Assembly (NCBI GenBank): GCA_964537835.1
Contig: CAZICS010000003.1
Coordinates: 7,163 to 71,162 of the forward strand
Direction: 5' to 3'
Length of the DNA: 64,000 bases
DNA from: an uncultured archaeon
Lineage (GTDB): Archaea > Aenigmatarchaeota > Aenigmatarchaeia > CG10238-14 > SCSR01
Part shown: positions 39,165 through 47,607 of the stretch, piece after piece
Position numbering within the stretch: position 1 is the first letter of the stretch
Layout of the letters: every line of letters starts with the position of its first letter
The notes under the pieces: model-generated
Databases searched by the model: none
What the model saw: only the letters and a program-made list of their open reading frames with translations
What the model was told of the DNA's origin: nothing
Position numbers and translations under genes: made by a program

Positions 39165-39278
39165 GCCCCCGTAGCTCAGTTTGGATAGAGCGGCGCCCTT
39201 CTATGCTAGGCATAGAAGGTTTGATTCAAGATGAAAGAAGAAAGGCGAAGGTCGCGGGTTCAAATCCCGCCGGGGGCA
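39165..39278 (+). tRNA. tRNA-Arg(UCU) with about 39-nt intron at 37/38
   Basis: Acceptor GCCCCCG/CGGGGGC. Anticodon arm GCGCC-CTTCTA[intron 39204-39242]A-GGCGA (27:43 is G/A). T arm GCGGG-TTCAAAT-CCCGC. Confidence 0.75.
39220..39237 (+). other. Conserved intron block TTTGATTCAAGATGAAAG (copy 1 of 3)
   Basis: Near-identical to 44684-44701 and 57165-57183. UUGA-N3-AGAUGA resembles a box D'/C' K-loop. Confidence 0.6.
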
Positions 39279-39365
39279 TAAGTTAATTTTTTTAGTACTT
39301 TCGTTATTTTCCACTTTTTGAGCGATTCTGATACATTTAGATTGGCCCCAAGAAATTTTTTCTGA

Positions 39366-39605
39366 AAGCAAGATTTAATTCATGAGAAATTAACAGAGTT
39401 TGAAAGAAAGATACTGATTTATTTGGATAGCGAAGAACCTTTTAGCAGGACAGGCTAAATTGCAAAATCCTTGAAAGTTAATCTGGATAAAGTTCAAGCT
39501 GCATTGGTAGAATTAAGGAAGAAAGGTCTTGTACAAGAGAAAAATGGTTTGTGGTCTCCAACAACAAAATGGTTAAAATTAGAAGAAAATAATAAACTTT
39601 TTTGA
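39366..39605 (+). pseudogene. Disrupted small winged-helix gene
   Basis: Frame reads ...LTEFERKILIYLDSEEPFSRTG*IAKSLKVNLDKVQAALVELRKKGLVQEKNG... with an in-frame TAA at 39456-39458 and no start codon. Confidence 0.5.
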
Positions 39606-39627
39606 TTAGAGTACAAAAAGAAAAAAA

Positions 39628-40185
39628 CTATAAAATTGGTTTTGGAATTACTGATCCATCTTTGTATTTCCCTTTTTCATCATACCCAAAACTTGCTTCT
39701 TTCTCTAACCTAAAAATAGCCATTCTTGCTATCTTCATCTTATAATATAACTTTACAGGATTAAGTCCATTATTTTTAATTTCAAGAGTTAATCTTCTTG
39801 GTGTTGGAAATCCATGACCCGTATCAACAATCGCAGCTGTTTGGGTTACGGAAATACCCAGTCGCGCTAACGTGCTAGTACCATCCAGAAGAACTCCCAA
39901 TGACTTCGAAATTCCAATCTTTTCATAAGTTGAAGCTAATATAAACGCGTTAGGTTTAAGTATGTAAGGTGAAGTATCGCTTATCTCAACTCGTTTGTAA
40001 CATTTCATTGATTCTTCATCGTAAGGGTCGATTAAACCCTTCTTAACTTGCTCAAAAATCGTTGGCCCAAGTCTTAGGTTTATGCATGCAGGCCGCAGCA
40101 TTTCTCTATCAAAAGGTTCAATTATCAATAGCCCATTCTTTATAGCATCCAATATTTCTTTATCAGATAACATTTTTTCTACCAA
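39628..40185 (-). CDS. dcd: dCTP deaminase (Dcd family)
   Basis: MLSDKEILDAIKNGLLIIEPF...INLRLG N-terminal signature, 185 aa. Confidence 0.8.
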   Translation of the reverse strand: MVEKMLSDKEILDAIKNGLLIIEPFDREMLRPACINLRLGPTIFEQVKKGLIDPYDEESMKCYKRVEISDTSPYILKPNAFILASTYEKIGISKSLGVLLDGTSTLARLGISVTQTAAIVDTGHGFPTPRRLTLEIKNNGLNPVKLYYKMKIARMAIFRLEKEASFGYDEKGKYKDGSVIPKPIL

Positions 40186-40441
40186 ATATAAAATAGGTGG
40201 TTAACTTTAAAGTTTTAATGACAAAAGCTCATAGTTTGCTGATGAAATTTTTTATTATTCTAAAAAATCGAGAAACTAAACGTACTTTTTTCAGGATTTC
40301 TACTACCGAAGCAAACTTTTCATTCTTTATTTTAGCATAAGCCTCCTTATAACCAAAGAAAATGCTTTTCTTCTTTGGGTGTGTCGTTAGAAACTCTATA
40401 TTCTTTTTCTATCGTCTCTACAATCTCTTTTTAATTTTTAT

Positions 40442-40455
40442 GTTATACGTGTAAC
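40442..40455. repeat. Palindrome GTTATACGTGTAAC
   Basis: 20 bp beyond the GNAT gene stop, in the dcd upstream region. Confidence 0.7.
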
Positions 40456-40474
40456 GATTCAATAAAAATTTAAA

Positions 40475-40948
40475 CTATTCTAACCAAACTTCCAATTCTT
40501 TTTGAAACTCTTTAAACCCAAGCTTCTCATAGAATTTTAAAGCTCGCTCATTCTTGCTTAAAACATCTGTCCTGATCCATTTGATTCCCTTGTTCTTGAA
40601 CCACTGAATTATTTCTTCAACCAATTTTCTTCCTATGCCCTTTCTTCTAAACCCTTCCTCTACCCAAACTTCTCCTATATATCCATATTTTTCTTCCTTA
40701 AAGAAGAGGAAGGATTTAACCATCCAGGCATAGGCCATTCCCACAGGCTTTCCATTAGCCCAAGCTATCAGAAAAACACTATCTTCCCTTTTAATCCTCT
40801 TCCTGAAAAATTTCTCTATTTTTTCTTTATCTAATTCAAACCTCCTGTAATTTGGGTAAAGCTTTCTTTCAAACTCGTTAAGCTTTCTAGAAAATTCGAG
40901 CAAAATTTTTACATCCTTTTCAGTAGCTTTTTTAATTTCAACCATCAA
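40475..40948 (-). CDS. GNAT-family N-acetyltransferase
   Basis: RRKGIGRKLVEE acetyl-CoA binding motif. Confidence 0.8.
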   Translation of the reverse strand: MMVEIKKATEKDVKILLEFSRKLNEFERKLYPNYRRFELDKEKIEKFFRKRIKREDSVFLIAWANGKPVGMAYAWMVKSFLFFKEEKYGYIGEVWVEEGFRRKGIGRKLVEEIIQWFKNKGIKWIRTDVLSKNERALKFYEKLGFKEFQKELEVWLE

Positions 40949-41003
40949 TTTATTTTAGCCTTTTAAAATTTTTTAGCCTTCATTCAAATTCTTTAAAAAT
41001 TTT

Positions 41004-41306
41004 TTGGATAAGAACAAAAAGCTTAAATATGCTTGGGATACTACTCAATCAGATAGCATGTATGCAAAATTTTCACCCAAAATAATCCAACTCAAAGTCC
41101 TAGCTTTAAGGAGTGGAGAAAAAATTCCAGAGTATGTTACAGGAATTTTAAGGGAAGAAAGAAAAAGAGGATTATTACTTGAGACCGCAGTGATTACACC
41201 GAATAGAATAAAGCTTGGAGATTATTTTTTAATAAGAAAGTTGAAGAGTTATGGAAGAACTTATATTCCCTATAGCTTGATTCAAGAGCGTTTAAATATC
41301 GTTTGA
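41004..41306 (+). CDS. Hypothetical protein
   Basis: 100-aa ORF. Confidence 0.35.
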   Translation: MDKNKKLKYAWDTTQSDSMYAKFSPKIIQLKVLALRSGEKIPEYVTGILREERKRGLLLETAVITPNRIKLGDYFLIRKLKSYGRTYIPYSLIQERLNIV

Positions 41307-41318
41307 TAAAATATTTTT

Positions 41319-42182
41319 ATGGAAAAACTATGGGCTAGTAACTTCTCAGCCCACTCAGCAGATTTGCTCGCTTTAGGCATACCTCTAGGAAAAGACAGCG
41401 AAAAAGTTTTAAGATTTTTAAGGAAAACTAGCCTTTTTTTCGAAACTTTTGATGTAGACAAAAAAGGGGGGTTAAAGTTAAGGATTTGCGATCCGGGAAA
41501 CTTAAAGTTTAAAAAGCCTAGCCAAATAACAGAAAAAATCAGAGAAATAGTGAGAAAAGGGAAAGTACCTTTAATCCTCTCCAAATCCCATCTAGCCTCC
41601 CTTTTCTCCATTCAGGCTTTTGAAAAGGAGCTTAAAATAGTAGTTTTCGATGCCCATGCAGATTTAAGAAACGAATACTGGGATGAGAAAATCAAAGGTT
41701 CGATCCATCCGTTGAATTTTAGAGAAGAGAATTCGAGCTATAACTGTGCAACTTGGTTGAGAAGGCTGATAGAAAAAGGATATAAGAATGTTGTGCTGGT
41801 TGGCTTGAGAGCTTGCAGCGAGGATGAACTAGAATTTCTTGAAACCAATAAAATTTTGTACTTCACTTCTCAAGCGATTAAAAAAGATTTGGAGGATGTG
41901 AGGAAAAATTTGGGGAAATTTGCCAGAGGCTCGAAGCTTTATGTTAGCTTGGATATGGATGTTTTCGACCCTTCTATCGCTCCTGCTGTCGACCACCCTG
42001 AGCCCAACGGCTTGAACTTTCAAGAATTTTCAGAGCTAGTAGAAGGAATTGCTCGAGGAAAAATCGTTGGTTTGGATTTGGTAGAAATTTGTTTGACCGA
42101 AAAAAAACTAATGGAAATAACTTGCTTCCTCGCTCTTAAAGCCTTGTTCGAAATACTTTTAAGAATAAAGCCTAATCTTTAA
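41319..42182 (+). CDS. Arginase/agmatinase (ureohydrolase) family protein
   Basis: FDAHADL and SLDMDVFDPSIAPAV metal-binding motifs. Confidence 0.8.
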   Translation: MEKLWASNFSAHSADLLALGIPLGKDSEKVLRFLRKTSLFFETFDVDKKGGLKLRICDPGNLKFKKPSQITEKIREIVRKGKVPLILSKSHLASLFSIQAFEKELKIVVFDAHADLRNEYWDEKIKGSIHPLNFREENSSYNCATWLRRLIEKGYKNVVLVGLRACSEDELEFLETNKILYFTSQAIKKDLEDVRKNLGKFARGSKLYVSLDMDVFDPSIAPAVDHPEPNGLNFQEFSELVEGIARGKIVGLDLVEICLTEKKLMEITCFLALKALFEILLRIKPNL

Positions 42183-42188
42183 TTTTGG

Positions 42189-42800
42189 ATGCCCTACAAG
42201 TTTAACTTCGATTTTTCAAGCTTATACCAGAATCTCTTCAGAGAACTCTTCAGGATAGCAGGAGAGAAGAGATTGCACAGAAAAATAGGAAGCAAGCTAA
42301 GAGATTTGAACGAAAGATTTAGAATCAGTAAAATAACAGGTCTGGATATTAATACTTCCATAAGCCTTTTGGAAGATTTTGTGGACGTCTTCGTTGAAAA
42401 CTATTTGCAAAGAGAGAGATTTTTAAGAACGAGCAAAAGAGCTCTTCTACTACCCCATTGCTCTAGAAAATACATGGACAATAGATGCGAAGCAAGTTTC
42501 GATCCCTCTCTTTCATCCTACTTTTGTAACTCATGCTCTCCAGATTGCTTGATCAATAAGGCAAGCAAATTGGGAAAAGAAAGAGGATATGACATTTATA
42601 TTTTGCCTGGAGGTTCGTGCATACCAAAAATTCTGGAAAGAGGATACGAAGCAGTAGTTGGAGTTGCATGCTGTGAAGAGCTTAAACTGGGATTAAAATA
42701 CTTACAAGCAAAGAATATTCCTGGGCAAGGTATTCCTTTGATTAAAAATGGATGTGCTAACACAAGATTTAGCTTAGAAATGCTTGAAAAAATTTTGTGA
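42189..42800 (+). CDS. DUF116-like Cys-rich protein
   Basis: LLLPHCSRK...CNSCSPDC...GVACC pattern. Confidence 0.5.
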   Translation: MPYKFNFDFSSLYQNLFRELFRIAGEKRLHRKIGSKLRDLNERFRISKITGLDINTSISLLEDFVDVFVENYLQRERFLRTSKRALLLPHCSRKYMDNRCEASFDPSLSSYFCNSCSPDCLINKASKLGKERGYDIYILPGGSCIPKILERGYEAVVGVACCEELKLGLKYLQAKNIPGQGIPLIKNGCANTRFSLEMLEKIL

Positions 42801-43020
42801 AGAAGTCGATCAAAAATTTCTAACAGATTCTATAATCAAGCTGGATTTTGTTCCTATTGCTGAGGAGTTTAGAAGGATCTTTACATAAGAAAAATGAAGA
42901 ACTAATCATTCAGTGTTAATCCATTCTTTTGAAATAACCAGGGAAGGAATAAAAATCATAGAGATTAAGGAAGAATAGCAATTTTTCTTTTAAATTTTAA
43001 ATCTTTAATATTATTTTCAG

Positions 43021-43106
43021 GCGGGGGTCGCCTAGTCTGGTCAATGGCGCAGGGCTTAGGACCCTGTGGCTTAGTGCCTGCGTGGGTTCAAATCCCACCC
43101 CCCGCA
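43021..43106 (+). tRNA. tRNA-Leu(UAG), class II, no intron
   Basis: Acceptor GCGGGGG/CCCCCGC. Anticodon arm CAGGG-CTTAGGA-CCCTG. Long variable arm. T arm GTGGG-TTCAAAT-CCCAC. Confidence 0.9.
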
Positions 43107-43153
43107 TTAAAAATCTCTTTTACACTGTTGTAGTATGTTTGCGATGAACTAAT

Positions 43154-43167
43154 GTTATACGTATAAT
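43154..43167. repeat. Imperfect palindrome GTTATACGTATAAT
   Basis: Between tRNA-Leu and ORF 43209. Confidence 0.55.
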
Positions 43168-43208
43168 ATGAGAAAGAATAAATACTAAACTTTTCAATAT
43201 CTTAATCG

Positions 43209-43397
43209 ATGGAAGCTAGAGTAAAGTATTGCGTGTTAATGGATTGCAATAGAAAAGCTATAGGTGTTTGTAATAATTGTGGTCTACCAACTTGTGAAGT
43301 TCATTCTAAAAGGATGGGAAAAAATGTCTATCTATGCATAAACTGCTTCACTTACTTGAAAAAAGCTGGGTTGCTTAACCTAAAAAGGTTTAGATGA
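43209..43397 (+). CDS. Small zinc-ribbon protein
   Basis: CNNCGLPTC...CINC, 62 aa. Confidence 0.4.
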   Translation: MEARVKYCVLMDCNRKAIGVCNNCGLPTCEVHSKRMGKNVYLCINCFTYLKKAGLLNLKRFR

Positions 43398-43434
43398 ATC
43401 TGGAAAAACACTTCTAAAAAATCCTTAAATAAAC

Positions 43435-43758
43435 TTAGAGATCGTGGAAATTATTCCGACTATTATTCCCCCTATTAAAGTGTTCACGAAAATATCCGTA
43501 ATTAGCAAGCTGTAATTGAAGATTAGGAAGTTTGCAACCACACCTCCAGCTATCGTAAAAATAAAGCTTGAAATTTTTCTTCACTTTTAGCATCGCATAA
43601 CTTAACAAAGATAAAACGCAGAGGAATATTGCCATTTTTTCTAGGTTTAAGGGCAAATAAGGAAGCTCGATAGAAAAATAAATTAAAGCTTGGAGTATTA
43701 TAAATGTAATTAAAGTAGTTAGAAAGCCGTTGAGGAAGTTAAGGATAAAAGCTTTCAT
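43435..43758 (-). CDS. Possible small membrane protein (trimmed to internal Met)
   Basis: The long form overlaps the L37e start. The MKAFILNFLNGFLTTLITFIIL... part is hydrophobic. Confidence 0.3.
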   Translation of the reverse strand: MKAFILNFLNGFLTTLITFIILQALIYFSIELPYLPLNLEKMAIFLCVLSLLSYAMLKVKKNFKLYFYDSWRCGCKLPNLQLQLANYGYFREHFNRGNNSRNNFHDL

Positions 43759-43800
43759 AGATAATCTTTGGTAAAGCAAGCTAAAAAAATTGGTGGTTGA

Positions 43801-43986
43801 ATGACAAAAGGAACGCCTTCGATGGGAAAAAGGAGAAAAATAATCCATATAAGATGTAGAAGATGCGGGAGACATAGCTATAATGTTAAGACTAAAGTAT
43901 GTGCTGCTTGTGGTTACGGAAAAAGTTCTAAGCTAAGGAAATACAAATGGCAAACCCATACCTTGCAAAAAGAAAGAATCAAATAG
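43801..43986 (+). CDS. rpl37e: 50S ribosomal protein L37e
   Basis: [40 protein letters not shown]. Confidence 0.9.
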   Translation: MTKGTPSMGKRRKIIHIRCRRCGRHSYNVKTKVCAACGYGKSSKLRKYKWQTHTLQKERIK

Positions 43987-43993
43987 GGTTAAG

Positions 43994-44584
43994 ATGGAAG
44001 TTAAACCTTCTTATCCCTATCTCGTCAAAAATTTGAGAGGGATCGTTTACTTCTCAGAAAAGGTTAACGCTGAAAAAGAGCTTGAGTGGCTGAAGAAAAA
44101 GTTCAGATACAGAGATTTAGGTGTTTCTGAAACCCTAAAGCTGAAGGAGAAGTGGAAGAGGTTGATTACTCTATCGAGAATAGACGAGAATCCGGCCATA
44201 GATTCAGCTTTCCAAGCTTCGTTTTTTCTCTGTCCTTTGATAATCTTAAAGGAAAAAAGCTTGAGGGATTTTGAGAAGGGTATCGTAGCCAAGCTCAAAA
44301 CTAGTCAGAAGCTCAGCGATAAGGAATTGAAATTCAATTTAAGGCTCGTTAACTATTCGATAACAGACTTCTATCTTAAGGCTATAGAACTCGGAAAAAA
44401 GCATGATTTGGAAAAGAGGAAAGAGCTGGCTGAAAAAGATCTTAAAAGGTTTTGGAGGATTGAGGAAAGTAAGAAAGGGAAGGTTTTGATAGCATACATA
44501 GATCCTTTGCTTTTGAAAGAAGTTAAGAACGAATTTCTCATAAGCTTGATTCCTGCTTTAGTGCTAGATTTGAAAAAAGCTTAA
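43994..44584 (+). CDS. Hypothetical protein
   Basis: 196-aa ORF following rpl37e. Confidence 0.4.
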   Translation: MEVKPSYPYLVKNLRGIVYFSEKVNAEKELEWLKKKFRYRDLGVSETLKLKEKWKRLITLSRIDENPAIDSAFQASFFLCPLIILKEKSLRDFEKGIVAKLKTSQKLSDKELKFNLRLVNYSITDFYLKAIELGKKHDLEKRKELAEKDLKRFWRIEESKKGKVLIAYIDPLLLKEVKNEFLISLIPALVLDLKKA

Positions 44585-44629
44585 ATTTGCTTCAAAATTT
44601 TTATAATCTAAGCTTAATATTTAGAATAA

Positions 44630-44753
44630 GGGCCTGTAGCTCAGCCTGGTAGAGCAGCGGGCTTTTAGCTTTAAGCTAAAAGCTTTGATTCAAGATGAGA
44701 GAAACCCGTACGTGTAGGGGGAATGGTCGGGGGTTCAAATCCCCCCAGGCCCA
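44630..44753 (+). tRNA. tRNA-Lys(UUU) with about 36-nt intron at 37/38 and a second 14-nt insert after the anticodon stem
   Basis: Acceptor GGGCCTG/CAGGCCC. Anticodon arm GCGGG-CTTTTA[44668-44703]A-CCCGT. Extra acgtgtagggggaa (44710-44723) before TGGTC. T arm GGGGG-TTCAAAT-CCCCC. Confidence 0.7.
44684..44701 (+). other. Conserved intron block TTTGATTCAAGATGAGAG (copy 2 of 3)
   Basis: See 39220-39237. Confidence 0.6.
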
Positions 44754-44820
44754 TTTTTTTGATTATGTATATCTTAAAGTATAGAAATATTTAGGTACAA
44801 TAATAGAGATTATAATTAGT

Positions 44821-45391
44821 ATGAACCATATAAGAAAACCTAAACTTGGCGACCTAGAATTGGCCTATGAAACTGGCTTTCATATAGGAGACTGCACGAT
44901 GACAAGTTGTACAATCTAAATGTAAAGGTTAAAAATTTTGAAAATACTTGCTATATCCGTATATATTCTAAAGAATTAGTAGAATTTAAATCCAAAGTTA
45001 TAGGTTTACCTATCGGACCTAAAACTTCACTCAAAAAACTGCCTACACTAATAATATCCAGAGGTCCTGATTGTGTATCTAGCCTTATAGCAGTATATTT
45101 GATGCAGATGGTAGTGTCAAAATCATCCATAAAAATAAAAGGATATATCCTGCCTTGAACATTACATTAAAAAACAAAGAAATTATTTATCAAATTAAAG
45201 ATATTCTTATGAAACGTGGTATAACCAGTACTTGTTACAAGGAGAGAAAATATGATAAGCGAACAAATAAGTTTACAATTGTATGGAGATTAGATATTAA
45301 TGGAACCCTAAACGTAAAAAAGTTCCTAAAAGAAATACCTATAAGAAATATAAATCATTTGAGAAGACTAAAAAAATTAAGAATCGTTTAA
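44821..45391 (+). pseudogene. Decayed LAGLIDADG homing-endonuclease gene (three frame fragments)
   Basis: Fragment 44821-44919 (LELAYETGFHIGDCTM), fragment 44907-45158 (KVIGLPIGPKT) and fragment 45083-45391 (SSIFDADGSVKI...). Collinear with the intact paralog at 48909-49739. Confidence 0.7.
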
Positions 45392-45629
45392 AAAATTACA
45401 AAATCGTAAAAAAATGAAAAATATTATTGTGAATTTTTTAAAATTTATTCTAATTAAAAATAGTAATGAAAACTTTGAATTGGTACGTGTTTACAGGCGA
45501 TCCTTCTTCGGGTAAGTCAACTTATACACATGAGAGTAGGAATAGAAATAGAGGAATGAAAATAACTTACATCTAAGCTGCCTTTATTTATTAATTCTTC
45601 TAAGAAATTTTTAAGAGAGGGAAAATGGC

Positions 45630-46412
45630 ATGAGAGTTTCAAAAATTAAAAAAGATGCAGTTAGGTTTGCTAAGCAAGCTGGAAATTTCTTGCTAAAAGA
45701 GTTTAAAAAGGTTAGGGATTTCTCGGAAAGGAAGCATACGAAAGAACTTAAAACTTTTTACGATAGGGCTTCTGAGAATTTGATCAAAAGGTTGGTTCAG
45801 GAGAAATATCCCGAGCATAGCATTCTAGCCGAAGAATCTGGTTATTTGAAGAAAGATCCGAATTTTCTCTGGATAATAGACCCTTTAGACGGGACGACTA
45901 ACTTCGTTACAGGAAACCCTTTCTTCTCCGTTTCAATAGCTTTAAGGATAAACAAAGACCTTGAATTTGGAGTAATCTATGCTCCTTCGTTGAAAGAAGT
46001 TTTTATTGCTGAAAGAAATAAAGGTGCTTTTTTGAACGGAAGGAGGATTAAAGTTTCTGAAGTTAGGGATATAGGGAAAAGTTATTTGGTTACTTGCGAA
46101 GGGGGAGAAAAATCGAGAAGAAGAAAGGCTAAGCTTTTCTCTGTATTAGCGAGCGAAGCGATGGATATAAGAAAGCTTGGCTCTGGAAGCTTAGAATGTG
46201 CTTGGGTAGCTAGCTCTAGAGCTGACGCTTACATAACCTTTAAAATCTCTCCATGGGATGTTGCTGCTGGTATTTTGCTGGTTGAAGAAGCTGGAGGAAG
46301 AGTGAGCGATTTTAAAGGAAATGAATGGAAGCTTAAGAAGAGTGATTTGATAATCTCAAACGGAAAGTTGCACGAAAAAATTCTGGAAATTATAAAGAAG
46401 GAAAAGATTTAA
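45630..46412 (+). CDS. suhB: Inositol monophosphatase / FBPase family protein
   Basis: WIIDPLDGTTNF and WDVAAG motifs. Confidence 0.85.
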   Translation: MRVSKIKKDAVRFAKQAGNFLLKEFKKVRDFSERKHTKELKTFYDRASENLIKRLVQEKYPEHSILAEESGYLKKDPNFLWIIDPLDGTTNFVTGNPFFSVSIALRINKDLEFGVIYAPSLKEVFIAERNKGAFLNGRRIKVSEVRDIGKSYLVTCEGGEKSRRRKAKLFSVLASEAMDIRKLGSGSLECAWVASSRADAYITFKISPWDVAAGILLVEEAGGRVSDFKGNEWKLKKSDLIISNGKLHEKILEIIKKEKI

Positions 46413-46422
46413 TTTTTAAATT

Positions 46423-46482
46423 GTTATATGTGTAACATATGTAAAAAAAGAATTCACTTTAATACAATGTTATACATATAAC
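46423..46482. repeat. Pair of palindromes GTTATATGTGTAAC / GTTATACATATAAC (46 bp start to start)
   Basis: Fills the 76-bp gap between two convergent stop codons. Confidence 0.8.
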
Positions 46483-46488
46483 AAAGAA

Positions 46489-47154
46489 TTACTCCATCCT
46501 AAAAAACTTTTTTAGATAATTTTTGTCCAAGTTTGAAAAATGTTTTGCAAATTTAACTATTTCTGAATCTGAAGGAGGAAGGATTAGCAGTCTTTTGCTC
46601 AAATCCAACTTTTCTCTTTCTTTTTCCTTCCTATTCTTTATTTCTCCTCTTTCAATCTTGTCTATAAGCTTGATGGAAAGAACTTTTTTCATAAACCCGA
46701 TCATCTCATCTCGATATTTAACTGTCAAATAAAGCTTGGAGAAAACATTCACCAATTCTTTTTCATCACTCAAATTAAGAATGAATGGTGCTGAAGATAT
46801 TCTAAGAATTCCAAAAAGCTTTTCTCTTCCATTTTCATTCAAGTAACCAGCCAAAGTTTCTTTTAACTTCAGCAGTTCAGTATTCAGAACTACATCCTTC
46901 CAACCGGAATAAATTTGCTCCTTATCGAAAATTTCTTTAAAATTTTTGTTTCTATTAGCGTGAAACAATTGACCATATCTGTAAATAAAGATTAGCTCCC
47001 CTTCGTACTTTAAATTTCTCGAAAGAGGAAGTAAGTTAAGGTTTCTATACTCCTCCTCGACTTTCCCAATTAACTCTTCTCTTGAATTCAAAGCTTCTCC
47101 AAAAATTTCCTCCAAAAAATTCTTATAAATTTTTTTCCTCAGCTCTATCGACAT
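46489..47154 (-). CDS. Hypothetical protein
   Basis: 221-aa ORF. Confidence 0.4.
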   Translation of the reverse strand: MSIELRKKIYKNFLEEIFGEALNSREELIGKVEEEYRNLNLLPLSRNLKYEGELIFIYRYGQLFHANRNKNFKEIFDKEQIYSGWKDVVLNTELLKLKETLAGYLNENGREKLFGILRISSAPFILNLSDEKELVNVFSKLYLTVKYRDEMIGFMKKVLSIKLIDKIERGEIKNRKEKEREKLDLSKRLLILPPSDSEIVKFAKHFSNLDKNYLKKFFRME

Positions 47155-47208
47155 CTTTTAAAAATTTTATAGGTTAAAACTTAAATCCTTTCGAACAATC
47201 TTTAAATC

Positions 47209-47607
47209 ATGAGCATTAAGATAAAAGTTAAGGACAAACAAGTTGCGAGAAAAATCCTAAATTCAATCATTGAAAAATATTTTGACCAAATAGAAATACT
47301 CGAGTATGGAGGAAAAACGTCAGAAATCCCAACCCTTCTTTTAGCTAAGCTTAGCGATTATGAAAGAAAGACTTTTGAAGCAATGCTTAAGTTAAAAGAA
47401 GCGGATGCTTCCCAAGTCTCAAAAATAACCAAAAGAGCTAGAGCTATAGAATCACACTATCTTAATATCTTAGCTAGAAAGGGTTATCTTGAAGAAGAGA
47501 GATTAGGGAGAAAAAAATCTTCAGGATTTCAGAAAAATTTCAAGAACTTTCTGAATTGTATAAAGAAATGTAAAAAAAGATTTATAGGAAAAATGTTATA
47601 CGTGTAA
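47209..47607 (+). CDS. TrmB/MarR-like winged-helix transcriptional regulator
   Basis: LSDYERKTFEAMLKLKEADASQVSKITKRARAIESHYLNILARKGYLEEER. Confidence 0.5.
   Translation: MSIKIKVKDKQVARKILNSIIEKYFDQIEILEYGGKTSEIPTLLLAKLSDYERKTFEAMLKLKEADASQVSKITKRARAIESHYLNILARKGYLEEERLGRKKSSGFQKNFKNFLNCIKKCKKRFIGKMLYV

Noticed and set aside
40186-40474. Minus-strand coding-like fragments in two frames (KEIVETIEKEYRVSNDTPKEEKHFLWL / KEAYAKIKNEKFASVVEILKKVRLVSRFFRIIKNFISKL) upstream of dcd.
   Set aside because: No start codon was identified, the fragments are short and no family was recognised. It is possibly another decayed small gene, but the evidence is too weak to annotate.
43435-43875. Long form of the minus-strand ORF overlapping the L37e start by 75 nt.
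   Set aside because: The N-terminal 39 residues are Ser/His/Arg-rich and antisense to the rpl37e 5' end. The ORF was trimmed to the internal Met and remains low confidence.
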